A stretch of 64,000 bases of DNA, taken from NCBI GenBank assembly GCA_965603825.1, contig CBFDEM010000014.1, positions 743,157 through 807,156 of the forward strand. The letters are read 5' to 3'. The position numbers were made by a program, and so were the translations under genes. The notes beneath the pieces were generated by a model. It did no database searches, was not told where the DNA came from, and saw only the letters and a program-made list of their open reading frames with translations. Every line of letters starts with the position of its first letter. Position 1 is the first letter of the stretch. Positions 39,000-50,844 of this stretch are shown one piece after another. Origin of the DNA: Blepharisma stoltei ATCC 30299. Lineage: Eukaryota > Protista > Ciliophora.

Positions 39000-39350
39000 C
39001 AGATTGGTTTACTATGAGGGAAAAATGAAGATCCAAAAGAATTAATTGCCGCATTTCAAGGGCCAAGTAGTACTCAATGCGAAAGAGGAATACTTTATTT
39101 CTCAACCACACTTCTTTTTATATATTTAAAGACAGAATTTATATTTCTAACTAAAAACCTCCAATGGAAAAAGGAAGATTAAACATTTAGATTCAGTATC
39201 CTGCAAGAACAAAAGGTTTAAAAGAATCGAAGATTGAATTGTGAGTTTATTGAAAGAATCCCAAAGGAATGATTTAGGCTAGACCACACCCGCATAAGCC
39301 AGTAACATATTATTTTTATTTTAGCAAGATTCAATTAAATACGCTAATTA
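39000..39350 (+). pseudogene. E2/UEV-like copy 3 (type C), degenerate
   Basis: ELIAAFQGPSSTQCERGILYFS; HPN segment deleted; stops. Confidence 0.7.
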
Positions 39351-39891
39351 TGTTTCCTCCTCTTTGAGGTAATTAATCCTTAAAGTTCTATTCTTTTCTT
39401 CTCTCTGCTAAGTATATTTTTATTACAATGATAAAAATTTACTAAATCAGAACTAATATATATAATTAATATGATAAGCTCAATTTTTTCACATTGGGAC
39501 TAAGATCTGCACAAGAAGCCATTTACCTCATCAAATATGCGACGATAAGCAGCTTTTCCATATTAGAATAATTCTTCAAAGTTAAAAATACATTCCTTAA
39601 ATCAATAAGCAAGAAAATCTTGAACTGTTTATAAAATCTTAGATATACCAATTATCAATAATCACCAGAATCTAAACAAGTTAGGTAGCAAATAATTATG
39701 TTAAAGAGCTTGAACCATAAGCTTAATCTGCACTCATTGCAAAATTACTTAGTTTAACGCTTCGTATTAGCTCTAATATATATGATTATGTCCATTTCTT
39801 TGGAAAAAGTAAATAAGCTGAGTCATAGAAAATTTTTCATTCAGAATGAGGATTATACCAGATTCTGTCATTTTATTTTGTATTATAAAAT

Positions 39892-40326
39892 ATGGATATT
39901 CTTTATAATCTGTGCTATTATTCTGAGTGAAACCCTGAGAAATCACGAATATTTAGCTCAAATTGGTTTGTGATGACAAAAGGTTATAGTCATCGAGAAT
40001 TGGTTGGTGGAATTGAAGGGCCAAGCAATACCCCATACGAAGGAGGAATATTTTATTTCTCAATTAGACTTGGCTGGGAATACGAAACCCCAGAATTTAT
40101 GTTTCTCAGTCAAATCATTCATCCAAATATAGATATTGATGGAAAATTACTAATTAAAATCCCATATCTAAACGGGCTAAAAGGTTTGCTGGACTGAGTA
40201 GTAAATTTATTGAAAAACTCTCAATGGAAAGAGTCGGAACACCCTAGAAACCTTGAATTATATACAAAAGACCCAGAAGCATATTATGTCTATGCAAAAC
40301 AAGCAACAATGAAATACGCCAATTAA
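39892..40326 (+). CDS. Ubiquitin E2 variant (no catalytic Cys), type B, 144 aa
   Basis: Intact with TGA=Trp: MDILYNLC..IEGPSNTPYEGGIFYF..PEFMFLSQIIHPNIDIDGKLLIKI..ATMKYAN*; Leu at the catalytic Cys position. Confidence 0.85.
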
Positions 40327-40674
40327 TCCCTCAATTTTAATATTTTTTTATTATAATTTATATTTTTATCTTTCTTTTAAATAGTTTAATAATAAAATCA
40401 AACTAATCTTAAAAGCTCACATAATTATTCACAATAATCTAGCTATCAATTCTGGAAAGGTTTTTAGCCTTAATTTTACATGAATATTCCTTTTTATTTG
40501 CTATTAATGATCTTATTTATAAAGTATTATTAAGTATTATAAATATTATCGACTCTATTTTAGAAAATTCTGGATGCTGTTACTTAATTTTTATAAAAAA
40601 TAAGGTATAGAACATATAAAAGCCACAAGCCAATATATAGAACCCTATCAATGTATTTTCATATTTTTTATATT

Positions 40675-41225
40675 ATTTAATAAAGCAATATTGATGGAAT
40701 GAGATTCCCGGAGCTAAGGATAGCATCATTAATATTTGCTAAACCAGACACATGCATTGCTTTGATAAGATATTTTGGGATTTTTGAAGTTGGGGTTGAT
40801 TTTTTTGGCTTATTTAGTAAAAAATCTCATATCGTTTCATGTTTCTCTCTTGACGGAGCATCATGCATCTAAGCTAATGAGCTTAATAATGCATAACTTT
40901 TAATATCTTTTGAAAAGCTAATTCTCAAATGTTTATAGAAATTATTTCTTTTCCCAATTTTAAGGCTTCATCTAATTCGTTGAGAAATAGCACTTCTTTG
41001 CTTGAGTTTCCATATGGTCAGTATCTAACTATTGCTTGAATTCATGAATTATCAAATTCATTATGAATTCTTTAATATTTTCTACAACATTTCATTAAGA
41101 ATTTATTGAAGAAAATGACTTTTTGGACATTATGTAAGGGCAGAAGCACACTGTAAGCAAAAAGATAAAAAATATTTAGAATTAGAAATCTGTTCATATA
41201 TAAATTTATGAATATCCTAAGGATT
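40675..41225 (-). pseudogene. B56-like fragment with about 244-nt internal deletion, between the two UEV blocks
   Basis: 40915-41220 matches 4677-4980; 40675-40910 matches the reverse complement of 8465-8710. Confidence 0.75.
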
Positions 41226-41259
41226 TTTACAAAACCCTCCACATTTCTATTAATAATCT

Positions 41260-41700
41260 ATGAAACCAGTTTGACATATGTCAAGTTTCCCGGTGTGAAA
41301 TTGTAGGAGTTCGTGAGTACGCAGCTCAGATTGGTTTATTATTAGAAAAAATGAAGATCCAAATGAATTAATTGGTGCAATTCAAGGTCCAAATAATACT
41401 CCATATGAAGGAGGAATATTTTATTTTTCAATCACACTTCTTTATACGTACTGTCAGCCAGAATTTATATTTCTAACCAAAATTCTCCATCCAAACATAA
41501 AGAAAACTGGTAAATTAAGAATTCAAATTCAATATCCTGCGAGAAAAGGTTTAAAAGAATTGCTAGATTGAATAGTAAATTTATTGAAAGAACCCCAATG
41601 AAATGCTTCAAAGCTACCTAAAAAATTTGAATTGTATCAAAAAGATCCAGATGCATATTATTCCTATGTAAAGCAAACTACAATAAAATATGCTAATTAA
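41260..41700 (+). CDS. Ubiquitin E2 variant (no catalytic Cys), type A, 146 aa
   Basis: Missing from the ORF track; intact with 5 TGA=Trp: MKPVW..IQGPNNTPYEGGIFYF..TKILHPNIKKTGKLRIQI..TTIKYAN*. Confidence 0.85.
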
Positions 41701-42062
41701 TTTGTTAACTATTTTAGGAAATATCATTATAAATTCAGCTTTTATTTTTCAGATATGTTTACATCATAAGTTATAAGATCTCTAGTGCTGTTGTCTAAAT
41801 AAATAAAAAAATATATAAGCATATAATTTAAAATGAAATAATGTACCAAATTTGGAGGGAAATTATTACAAGATATCCATGAATTATTTATGTGAGCTTA
41901 GGCTTTATATCAATTAATTTTTATTCAATATAACTTCTTTATAATTTGGTTATATTTAAACTTAATAAATTTAAAGAGACCGCTATATATGGAAACTGAT
42001 GATATATTATCTTTTCAAGATAATGAATTGTCAGATTTCTCCATATTTTAATTTGATAAACC

Positions 42063-42480
42063 ATGAATCTAATCTAAAATTTGTCACATTTCCACAGTGG
42101 AATCCTAAGGTGAGTTTATGAATACGCAGCTCAGATTGATTTCCTATGAGAAAAAAATGAAGATCTAAAAGAATTAATTGCCCAATTCTACCAAGTAATA
42201 CTCCATGCGAAAGAGGAATACTTTATTTCTCAATCACACTTCTTTTTATATATCAAAAGCTAGAATTTATATTTTTAACTAAAAACCTCCAATGAAAAAC
42301 GGAAGATTAAACATTTAGATTCAATATCCTGTGAAAAGAAAAGGTTTAAAAGAATTGAAGATTGAATTGTGAATTTATTGTAATAACTCCAATGGAATGA
42401 TTTAGGCTAGAATCACACCCGCTTAAGCCAGTACATATTGTTTTTATTTTAAGCAAGATATCATTAAATACGCTAATTTT
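42063..42480 (+). pseudogene. E2/UEV-like copy 6 (type C), degenerate
   Basis: Paralogue of 39000-39350; early TAA and frameshifts. Confidence 0.7.
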
Positions 42481-43117
42481 TGTCCTTCTCTTTGAGGTAT
42501 TTAGTCCTTAAAATTCTATTCTTATCTTCATTCTACTATGAAAACTACTCACATCGGTTTGCAGCATTAAATGTTGCACTTTCAGTAATAATGAAAAAGT
42601 AAGTATAATTTTATTACAATGATAAAAACTTATAAATCAGACCTAGTATATATATAATTCATATGATCAACTCAATTTTTTCACATTGAGACTAAGATCT
42701 GCACAAGAAGCCATCTGTCTCATCAAATTATTAATATTTCATGCACTGATAAGCAACTTTTGTATATCAGAATAATTCTCCAAAGTTTATAAATATATTC
42801 CTTAAATCAATTAGTAAGAAAATTTTGTTTGATTACGGGCGAGTCTATGAACTGTTTATAAAATCTTAGATATACCAATTATCAATAATCACCAGAATCT
42901 AAACAAGTTAGGTAGCAAATAATTATGTTAAAGAACTTGAACTATAACTTAATCTGCACGCATTGCAAAATTACTTAGTTTAACGCTTCGTATTAGCTCT
43001 AATATATATGATTATGTCCATTTCTTTGGAAAAAGTAAATAAGCTGAGTCATAGAAAATTTTTCATTCAGAATGAGGATTATACCAGATTCTGTCATTTT
43101 ATTTTGTATTATAAAAT

Positions 43118-43552
43118 ATGGATATTCTTTATCATATGTGCACTTATCCTGAGTGAAACCCTGAGAAATCACGAATACTTAGCTCAAATTGGTTTGTGAT
43201 GACAAAAGGTTATAGTCATCGAGAATTGGTTGGTGGAATTGAAGGGCCAAGCAATACCCCATACGAAGGAGGAATATTTTATTTCTCAATTAGACTTGGC
43301 TGGGAATACGAAACCCCAGAATTTATGTTTCTCAGTCAAATCATTCATCCAAATATAGATATTGATGGAAAATTACTAATTAAAATTCCATATCCAAAAG
43401 GGCTAAAAGGTTTGCTGGACTGAGTAGTAAATTTATTGAAAAACCCTCAATGGAAAGAGTCGGAACACCCCAGAAACCTTGAATTATATACAAAAGACCC
43501 AGAAGCATATATTGTCTATGCAAAGCAAGCCACAATGAAATACGCCAATTAA
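43118..43552 (+). CDS. Ubiquitin E2 variant, type B', 144 aa
   Basis: Duplicate of 39892-40326 (offset 3226 nt), 9 aa differences by manual comparison. Confidence 0.85.
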
Positions 43553-43827
43553 TCCTTCAATTTTAATATTTGTTTATTATAATTTATATTTTTATCTTTC
43601 TTTTAAATATTTCAATAATAAAATCAAACTAATTTTAAAAGCTCACACAATTATTCACAATAATCTAGCTACCAATTCTGAAAAGGTTTTTGGCTCTATG
43701 CTGATCCTTCTTAATATTATTTTATGATGCTCGTCCTCTAATAAGGAAGTTTTAGAATAATTATATTTAATATTGCGAAACTCCTCAGTAATGGAAATTT
43801 TGCTACGATATTAAGTGGCAGAAAAAT

Positions 43828-44409
43828 ATGTCTCAAGAGGCTAAACTTCGCCTAGAAATGAAAAAGCTTAAAGCAGAGAATAAACAGCTGCAGCAGCTTT
43901 TAGTAAACGCAGAAAGCGAAATGACTAACATAATTAAGAAGTCTCAAGAAGAGAGCAAACAATTGCAAAGCCTTTTCGAGTCAGTGTGACCCCAAATACA
44001 GCAAAAGCTTCAGTCAAAGCATGATTCATATTTATCTGATATGTCCACTGCTTCAAATGAGAAAAAATCTGCTGCTATACAAACTGATGAAGACTCCACA
44101 TGGGATGAAAACATTATCTCTCTTGAAAACTGCCTAAACTATTTAGAGAACTCTGCGAATGACTTAGTAAACCAACAAATGATTACCCAAGCAGAGCTGG
44201 AGCACGCCCAAAAGCGAGAAAACTCGCTCAGCCAGGTTGTGAAAAGCTACCAGCAGCAGATTGAAGCCCTCGAACTCGACATTGCGCAGCTTAAAAACCA
44301 AGCTGACAAGCTGAAAGAAGAAAACACTCTAATTTCACAGCACTTAGAGTATGGAAATCTGATAGGAGAGCCTATTCCTGCAATATTCTCAATTTTTAAT
44401 CAATCATAA
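43828..44409 (+). CDS. Coiled-coil protein
   Basis: Extends ORF 44041 upstream through TGA 43987-43989; start uncertain. Confidence 0.65.
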
Positions 44410-44422
44410 TGTATATAAATGT

Positions 44423-45595
44423 TTATCTTTTCTTTGCTACGATGTCTTCGTAATTCCTGGCATTCCTTTTCAGGATGTCTTCTACAGGGCCTAGAAGTCT
44501 CTTGAAAGAGTGCCTGTCCAGCATCACGCACTTCAATCGGGAGCTCGCAATCACGTTGGCTGCTCTTGGCTCGTTCTTTATTAAGGCTAACTCGCCGAAG
44601 TAGTCACCTGCTGAATACCTTAAAACTTCTTCAGGAGCGTGGCCAGGGTGGATGGTCTTAGTAGCAATAGCAGTACCTTCTTCAATGATGTAAAATTCGT
44701 TTCCTTCTTGGCCTTCTCTGATCACATAATCTCCTTCGTTGAAAGCCACATTTATGAAGGCATCTGACAGCTGCGACCTTTCATATGGATCCATGCTTTC
44801 CAGTAGCTTAACTTTGGATAAGAATTGGTCGTACCTTTCCCTCTTGCGCACAGCTGAACCTTTTACTATGTGGTTGAAGCATTCTCTGTCAAGAGACCAT
44901 AGCACACTGTCAGTTGATGCTGTAATTGTAGCTGCTCTAGGAGCGTTATAAAGTAACGCCAGCTCCCCAAAAGCTTCTCCAGGGCCATAGTCCTTCAAAT
45001 ATTTATTCTGCCCATTAATGACTTTAAAGCATTGCAAAGTCCCTGAGTCCACAACAAATAGCTCAGCCCCATCGTCTCCTTGGCGGATTACTGTTTCACC
45101 TCTTCCTATAATTCTTTCATCCATGGCATTGATCACGATTTCTTTCTCATGTTCGTCAAGCGAACTAAACATAAAAGCTTTCGACAGTCTCTCACTTATC
45201 CTTTCCTTTTGCTCCTGGCTCTTTGGAATGACCCTAGGATGGAAATCCTCCTTTTTATTCCAGTCTCCATAAGCTTCAGCAGAAACTGCAGACCGATGAG
45301 CCTTTTTCTCTCTTTTGGCCTGGAGGTCTTCTTCGCCTAATTCTTCTTCAGATTCATCACTTTGCTCTTCTTCTGACCCTGCACTCTTGGCAGCTTTGAG
45401 CCGCGCGACTTCTTGTCTGAGAATTCTGAGTTCTTCTTTTTCTGATGGTCGATCTTGAACGTTAATGCGATGCTTCATCCAATCTACCATGAATGGAATA
45501 GGATCTTCAGGTTTCGACACCAGAAGAGCTGAGACCATTTCTTGGAGAACCGGATTGAGCACATTTTGAATATAGTCTTTGTGCGCTCCACTCAT
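44423..45595 (-). CDS. PRKAR: cAMP-dependent protein kinase regulatory subunit
   Basis: N-terminal dimerisation/docking motif (KPEDPIPFM), RSAVSAE, two cNMP domains (FGELAL..PRAA twice). Confidence 0.96.
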   Translation of the reverse strand: MSGAHKDYIQNVLNPVLQEMVSALLVSKPEDPIPFMVDWMKHRINVQDRPSEKEELRILRQEVARLKAAKSAGSEEEQSDESEEELGEEDLQAKREKKAHRSAVSAEAYGDWNKKEDFHPRVIPKSQEQKERISERLSKAFMFSSLDEHEKEIVINAMDERIIGRGETVIRQGDDGAELFVVDSGTLQCFKVINGQNKYLKDYGPGEAFGELALLYNAPRAATITASTDSVLWSLDRECFNHIVKGSAVRKRERYDQFLSKVKLLESMDPYERSQLSDAFINVAFNEGDYVIREGQEGNEFYIIEEGTAIATKTIHPGHAPEEVLRYSAGDYFGELALIKNEPRAANVIASSRLKCVMLDRHSFKRLLGPVEDILKRNARNYEDIVAKKR

Positions 45596-45739
45596 TTTTA
45601 TGGATTTACATCTGCTTGCAGTTATTACTTATAATGATTTTTACATAGGTTACAATAGACAGCTTTCTGAATTTGGTATAAAGTAAGCGCTGAAACATTA
45701 AAGCAACTGATAGGGCGTGTTTTGTATTTAAGTATATAA

Positions 45740-46213
45740 ATGGATTCACAAGCAGTCACTTGGTTTGTTTTCTGCGTGATATCTGGGTTTGCTTTTTATT
45801 TTGTAGGGAAATATGCCCAGTCAAAGAAGGCTATGCTTTTGAAGCCAGTACCTGATATTTAGCCAAGCAGTTCGCAAGAAAACGATGAAGAGGAGCCAAG
45901 TGTCAATTTAAAATCGAAGAACAGTTTGTCATACAAGAAAGAATTACTGAGGGAGAAGGAAACTAAGAGAAGAATGGTTGAAGAGTACGAGCATGAAATT
46001 GCTTACCTCAAAAGCGCTTTAAGTGAAGCAAAGAAAAATAGCTCGGAAAGAATTGTAATTTTTATTCAGAAAAGGCAAGAAGAGGACAAAGCACTGATGA
46101 AGGAAATCCACCAAGAAGTTGGGCCAATTGTGCAAGTAGTTGAAGGGACTGATTTCATTTCTGGAGAGAAACTGGATGAGGAAATAGACAAAGAACTTAA
46201 TATGGATATCTAG
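45740..46213 (+). CDS. Single-TM coiled-coil protein, 15-nt intron 45848-45862 (probable second at 46055-46069)
   Basis: Intron gtacctgatatttag contains an in-frame TAG; removing it joins the TM exon to ORF 45926. Confidence 0.7.
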
Positions 46214-46390
46214 GTGGAATAATAAATGATTTCTACTCTGATTCTTTAATCATGGTAAGTGAATGATATAGAATATATAAATCAAATGCAATAAGAAAAC
46301 ATAAATATTAAAAAAATTATAGCCATGATATGTTATATATATTTAGCACTCTATTTGCCTTAATACTGCTTCCTTATAATTTATCAACAT

Positions 46391-49028
46391 TTATCTTACA
46401 AATCTCTTATATATCCTGTATCCAGCGTGCTTTTGTTGTGACATGCTCCTTCCCTGTCTAGTCTTAGATCTAACCCTCATTATTTCTGGGTCTACAGCAG
46501 GTGTATTAAATGAGGTGATCACAAAAGAGTTGCTCGCGTTTCAATGATCCCCTTTGATTTGTACCGGAGAGCTCCTAAATCCTCCTCCTGTGTTCGTAAC
46601 TCTCACTTGAGGTACCTTTACTTTGGGCTCTTGCAAAGACTGGTCAAGGAACATTTTGGCTTTTAGCGGTGCAAACCCTTTTTTGGCATCCCTTTTTGCT
46701 ATGGACACTGAGTGCTGGAATTTGAGCATCTTGTGAACATTGTTAATTTGCTCGTTTATATCAAATCGAGCTGGGGAGTCCAGGACATTCGGATAATGCT
46801 CAACAACCCTCAGCTTGAGCTTCGCAAGAGGTGCAGCTGATGAGTTTTTCCTAGGCTGAACTGAGGCTGGCCTGATTATTGACACTCTTTCATTAGACCC
46901 TGAGCGCTTTATCGGCTTCTGCTCTCTTCTTGAAAGCCGTGGAGGCATTAAAACATCTTTAGGAGATTCTTCAGTTGGGAGTGTATATACATCTTCTCTG
47001 TCAGAGCTTGCATAATTTGATCCTCCACTACCACTGCTATCATCTTCTTCATCACTTCTATTATCAGACATAAAAGAGTAGTCTAACCCATTCAAGGCTT
47101 CATTCATATTAAAATCCTCTTCATCACTTGCATACTCTGACCCATTCGAGCTTTCACTATCTTCTTCAGCTTCTTCTTGGACTTCTTCACAAACTTGAAC
47201 CTTTGCTTTTCTTCTGCTTTTAAGAATTTTGATGACCCTTTTCGCCCTTCTTCTAAACAAAAATCCACTAATAAAAGTAGTCAAGAGCTTACAGACATCT
47301 TTTCCAATAGTAGCTAAGTGATGCTTTTCTATATGAGGGTCTTTTGAGACTTCTCCTTTATAAGGGACTCGGTTTTCTAGACATGCACTGTGGTACGGTC
47401 CAAAGAACGACGATTCTATTGTGTAGCTTGCTATTATTTTCATTTCTTTGAATGCCACAACTCTTGCAGTGCCTGCTTTACATTTCTCAATGCGAAATTT
47501 GCTGTCACTCAAGCTAAAGAGCTTATTTCGGTTAGACATCAAAACAGGCACCATCTTGGCTACAAAATTGGTCTTTTTGATGTCTAGATCTTTCCCTATT
47601 TCTCTGCAGCCATAGCTGAACACGTTTCTTTTCATCGAGTGGCCATGGAAGTCAATATACATGGACACTTCTCTATCCTCGCTCATAGACTGTATAAGTC
47701 TTTTTGTGTATCATATCGTGGGATGCATGTGCCTATTGGGATGGAGTCATCTTCTGTTCAAGTCAACTCCTAACAGTGAGCATCTATAATTCCCATAAAT
47801 GACACCGTCAGGGTTTAGCATGGGGACGATCTTAAACACAAACCTCCTTCTCAAAAACTTGGCAATCCTAGTATCTCCTAACAAAAAATCAATAGCTCCT
47901 TTAAGCATGTATGAGCCTACGCTTTCTCCTGGGTGGACTCTTGCGGTGAGTGCAACTCCTTTCTTCTTGGAGTGCTCGTTTTCTTCCTACTTACTACTTA
48001 CCACCTTTTCGTATTTCTTTTATTCTGATCAGTCTTCTCCCAGCTGCAGTTTTCGTTATCTTGGTAAGTTCTTCTTCTCATGGTGTAAAGCTTCCTACAT
48101 TATGAGTGATAGTAAGCACAGGACAAGGGTTATTTGCCAAAGTCATGCACAGTGTATCAATTCTGCATTTATCGGAATGCTTGGCTTTAATAGCCTCAAG
48201 GTCTTTATTTAGATCGGTATATGTATATGGATAAGAATGGGAAAAATAGATCAAATCATTGGCATGAGCAAAAGTGTATGTAAAAGTCAAGGTATAGTGA
48301 AATTCAGCGTTTTGTATAGGGATAGAGTTTTGGTAATAAGAAATATTAAACCCTCCCCTTTTCCAAGTGACTCCAGTTATTTCTGCGTCTTTCAAGGAGA
48401 ACACCAAAGGCTTGAGACCTTCGTTATAGAGAGACTCATACTTAAGCAAGTTGACGATATTGAACCTCACTGTGTGGTTTTCTTTGAAAGTTCTTACAGA
48501 AAAATAGTATCATTGAGTGTGTCCTTGAGTATTTACATCATACTCAAGGTATAGATTGTATTCGTTTTCGTTCATTTTTAAAGCTTTGCTTAAATTTCCA
48601 CTTTCAAAGTTCGATTCGAATTTGAGGACACTGGATGGTGCCATTAAAATGCGGTCTTCTATCTTTGGCTTTGTTTGAGAAAAATCACAAAGATTCATAA
48701 AAGTCTGCCTGTCTATGTAATGGTTACCTTTATCGTAATATTCATCGAGCTCTCTTTGAATTAATAGGGAAATATGACGAGGAGGCAGTGGGCCTGTAAT
48801 TTTCATGCTGTCGTTATGTGAAAAGCACATTTTTGCATGGGAGTCGTAGACAAGGATGCCACTATTATCCAACTGATATTGGACGATCGATTGATTTTGG
48901 CTTTCTTGAGGCTTTTTTGCACCTTTAAATCAATCTTGAGCAATGAATGAGTAGTTGCTGATTATTTCCTGAGCTGTGGTGCTAGAACTATACCTCTCGT
49001 TTTGAGAAGATGTAATTGGCTTAAGCAT
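46391..49028 (-). CDS. Cytosolic carboxypeptidase (M14 CCP/AGBL, tubulin deglutamylase type), 15-nt intron 47987-48001
   Basis: [17 protein letters not shown] (W=TGA), [26 protein letters not shown] (TGA), DFHGHS, YTIES. Confidence 0.92.
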
Positions 49029-49233
49029 ATTTAACAATAATTTATTAAAGAAATAGAATATATAATAAGCAGAAAAAGCAGGAGAAGCTGCTTTTACATT
49101 TCAGATTTTTGAGTAGTGATTAAACGTAAATGGACACTTTTTTTAATATATTAAAAAATCTAAATTGTATTCAGTGCAAGATTTATAATAAACCAATTAT
49201 ATAAATTTAATTTCATGGTTACTGCACCTAATT

Positions 49234-50844
49234 TTATGAAAAATTGTAATACTGTATGTTTCCTCCACAAGGTACTTCGATTTCCTCATAAGCATAATGA
49301 TCTTTTATTATCTCCACAGCTTTGTTGTAGATCGTCTGATTTGAGTGTCCTTGCAGCTTTTCTAAAGCGTCTAATCCTCCAAGTTCACTAAATCTTATCG
49401 CAACAGGATTTGCTTCAGATTGATCTACTGCTTCCAGCCCTGCTGTTAATATATTATCAATAGATTTCATAGCATTCATTAGAAGCTTAGTTTCCTGGGC
49501 ATCTAAAATAGCAATCAGCTTAGACAGCACACGCTCTTCTGAAAGCTTAAGCACAGTATTTGTACAATCAGATAAAGATAAATTGTACACAACCCACAAG
49601 GCCTCATTTTTGAGATTAGAATCAGTATCCGATAGGGTATTAAATACAATATTCATGCAAGGGTGGCTTATAATTTTCAGTTTATGATCCTGACTGCCAA
49701 TAGCCAAGTTGCTCAAAATCCATAAAACTTCTTTTTTGACAACCCGGCTCCTGCTTACCAATAATGGTGCGAGTTTATTTATGATATCTAAGCTCAATAA
49801 AAGAGCGCTGTGAGCTTCACTTCCTGCAGCAATATTTCCAACTGTTCTTAGTGCAGAATTTTGGATCTTTTTGTTGTGGTGGACTATCAGCTTAAAAATT
49901 GTGTGAATTGCATTTGTGGCAAGAAACAAATCAATGTGGGGTTCTTCTCTTGTTATCGATGAAATGATAAAGCAAACCTCTTCTAAGACTTCCTCTTGAG
50001 AATATGTAAGCATTCTTGGAATGATTCTCAAAATATCTTGGATTGCAGAAGTCGGTAGGCTTGATTTCTCCCCACATATGTTTCCCAGAACCCAAAGCAG
50101 TGTACACAAGTGACCTATCGCGATATTTGGATTTTCTAATAGATAATTTACAAGGGCTTTTGCCACCCCATAATTTATGAGCTCATTTTTTATTTCAGCT
50201 GAGTTCCCAGCAAGGTTTCCTAATGCCCATGCACAACTTTCAATTAGATCAGCAGAAGCACTTGTATTAAATGCTTTAGCTAGAGCTGGGACAATATTTT
50301 GGTTGATTAAAATGGTTGCGATGCTAGCTGGTCCTGAAGTGATGTTTATTAAGCACCATGCGATTTCTGCTTTTAATGCCAAATCATTTTGTGATAGAAG
50401 TTTAATTAGATTCATAGTGGCCCCTGAGCGGACGAGCAGAGAAAAAGGTGTTGAGCTGCACTCTGAGAGGATCTTTCGAAGTGTTGTAAGAGCTTCAAGC
50501 AGAATTCTTGGAGTTTCAGCTGGGTGAATGTGTGAGAGTAAAATCAAAAACCTTTCACTGATGGATAACTGAGGGGACACGAGCCTTTTGTCAAATTTTA
50601 TCAGTTCTTCACTAACTAGAGAACTCTCAAAAGAGAAGTTTTCGAGGCTATCTTCAGTTGGCTCAATTGCTGCGACTCTTGCGCCAACGAAAACTCTTCG
50701 TTTTTTGTTTATATGTTCGATTCTTTTGAGCTTTCTAAGTTCTACAACTGCATCATCTTTTTTCCTTAAGAATTCTTCTACATCTAATCCTTTTTGGTAG
50801 TTTTTGTTTCGAAATTCAAGTCTGTAGCTTGTCATTAATTCCAT
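49234..50844 (-). CDS. KPNA: Importin alpha
   Basis: IBB-like ELRKLKR..KKRR, ARM repeats (AWCLINITSG, WALGNLAG, ALRTVGNIAAG), LEKLQGHSN..IY.KA. Confidence 0.93.
   Translation of the reverse strand: MELMTSYRLEFRNKNYQKGLDVEEFLRKKDDAVVELRKLKRIEHINKKRRVFVGARVAAIEPTEDSLENFSFESSLVSEELIKFDKRLVSPQLSISERFLILLSHIHPAETPRILLEALTTLRKILSECSSTPFSLLVRSGATMNLIKLLSQNDLALKAEIAWCLINITSGPASIATILINQNIVPALAKAFNTSASADLIESCAWALGNLAGNSAEIKNELINYGVAKALVNYLLENPNIAIGHLCTLLWVLGNICGEKSSLPTSAIQDILRIIPRMLTYSQEEVLEEVCFIISSITREEPHIDLFLATNAIHTIFKLIVHHNKKIQNSALRTVGNIAAGSEAHSALLLSLDIINKLAPLLVSRSRVVKKEVLWILSNLAIGSQDHKLKIISHPCMNIVFNTLSDTDSNLKNEALWVVYNLSLSDCTNTVLKLSEERVLSKLIAILDAQETKLLMNAMKSIDNILTAGLEAVDQSEANPVAIRFSELGGLDALEKLQGHSNQTIYNKAVEIIKDHYAYEEIEVPCGGNIQYYNFS

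Larger units (their letters stand above)
38490..43690 (+). repeat. Segmental tandem duplication of an A-C-B UEV block (about 38490-40465 and 41241-43690)
   Basis: Same gene order; near-identical spacers (e.g. 39620-39890 vs 42847-43117). Confidence 0.85.

Noticed and set aside
39782-39973. Duplicated 63-aa ORF (also 43008-43199) that looks like a partner gene overlapping the E2-like ORF
   Set aside because: Alternate-frame artefact. The real gene starts at ATG 39892/43118 in the E2 frame once TGA is Trp; the apparent conservation reflects recent duplication.
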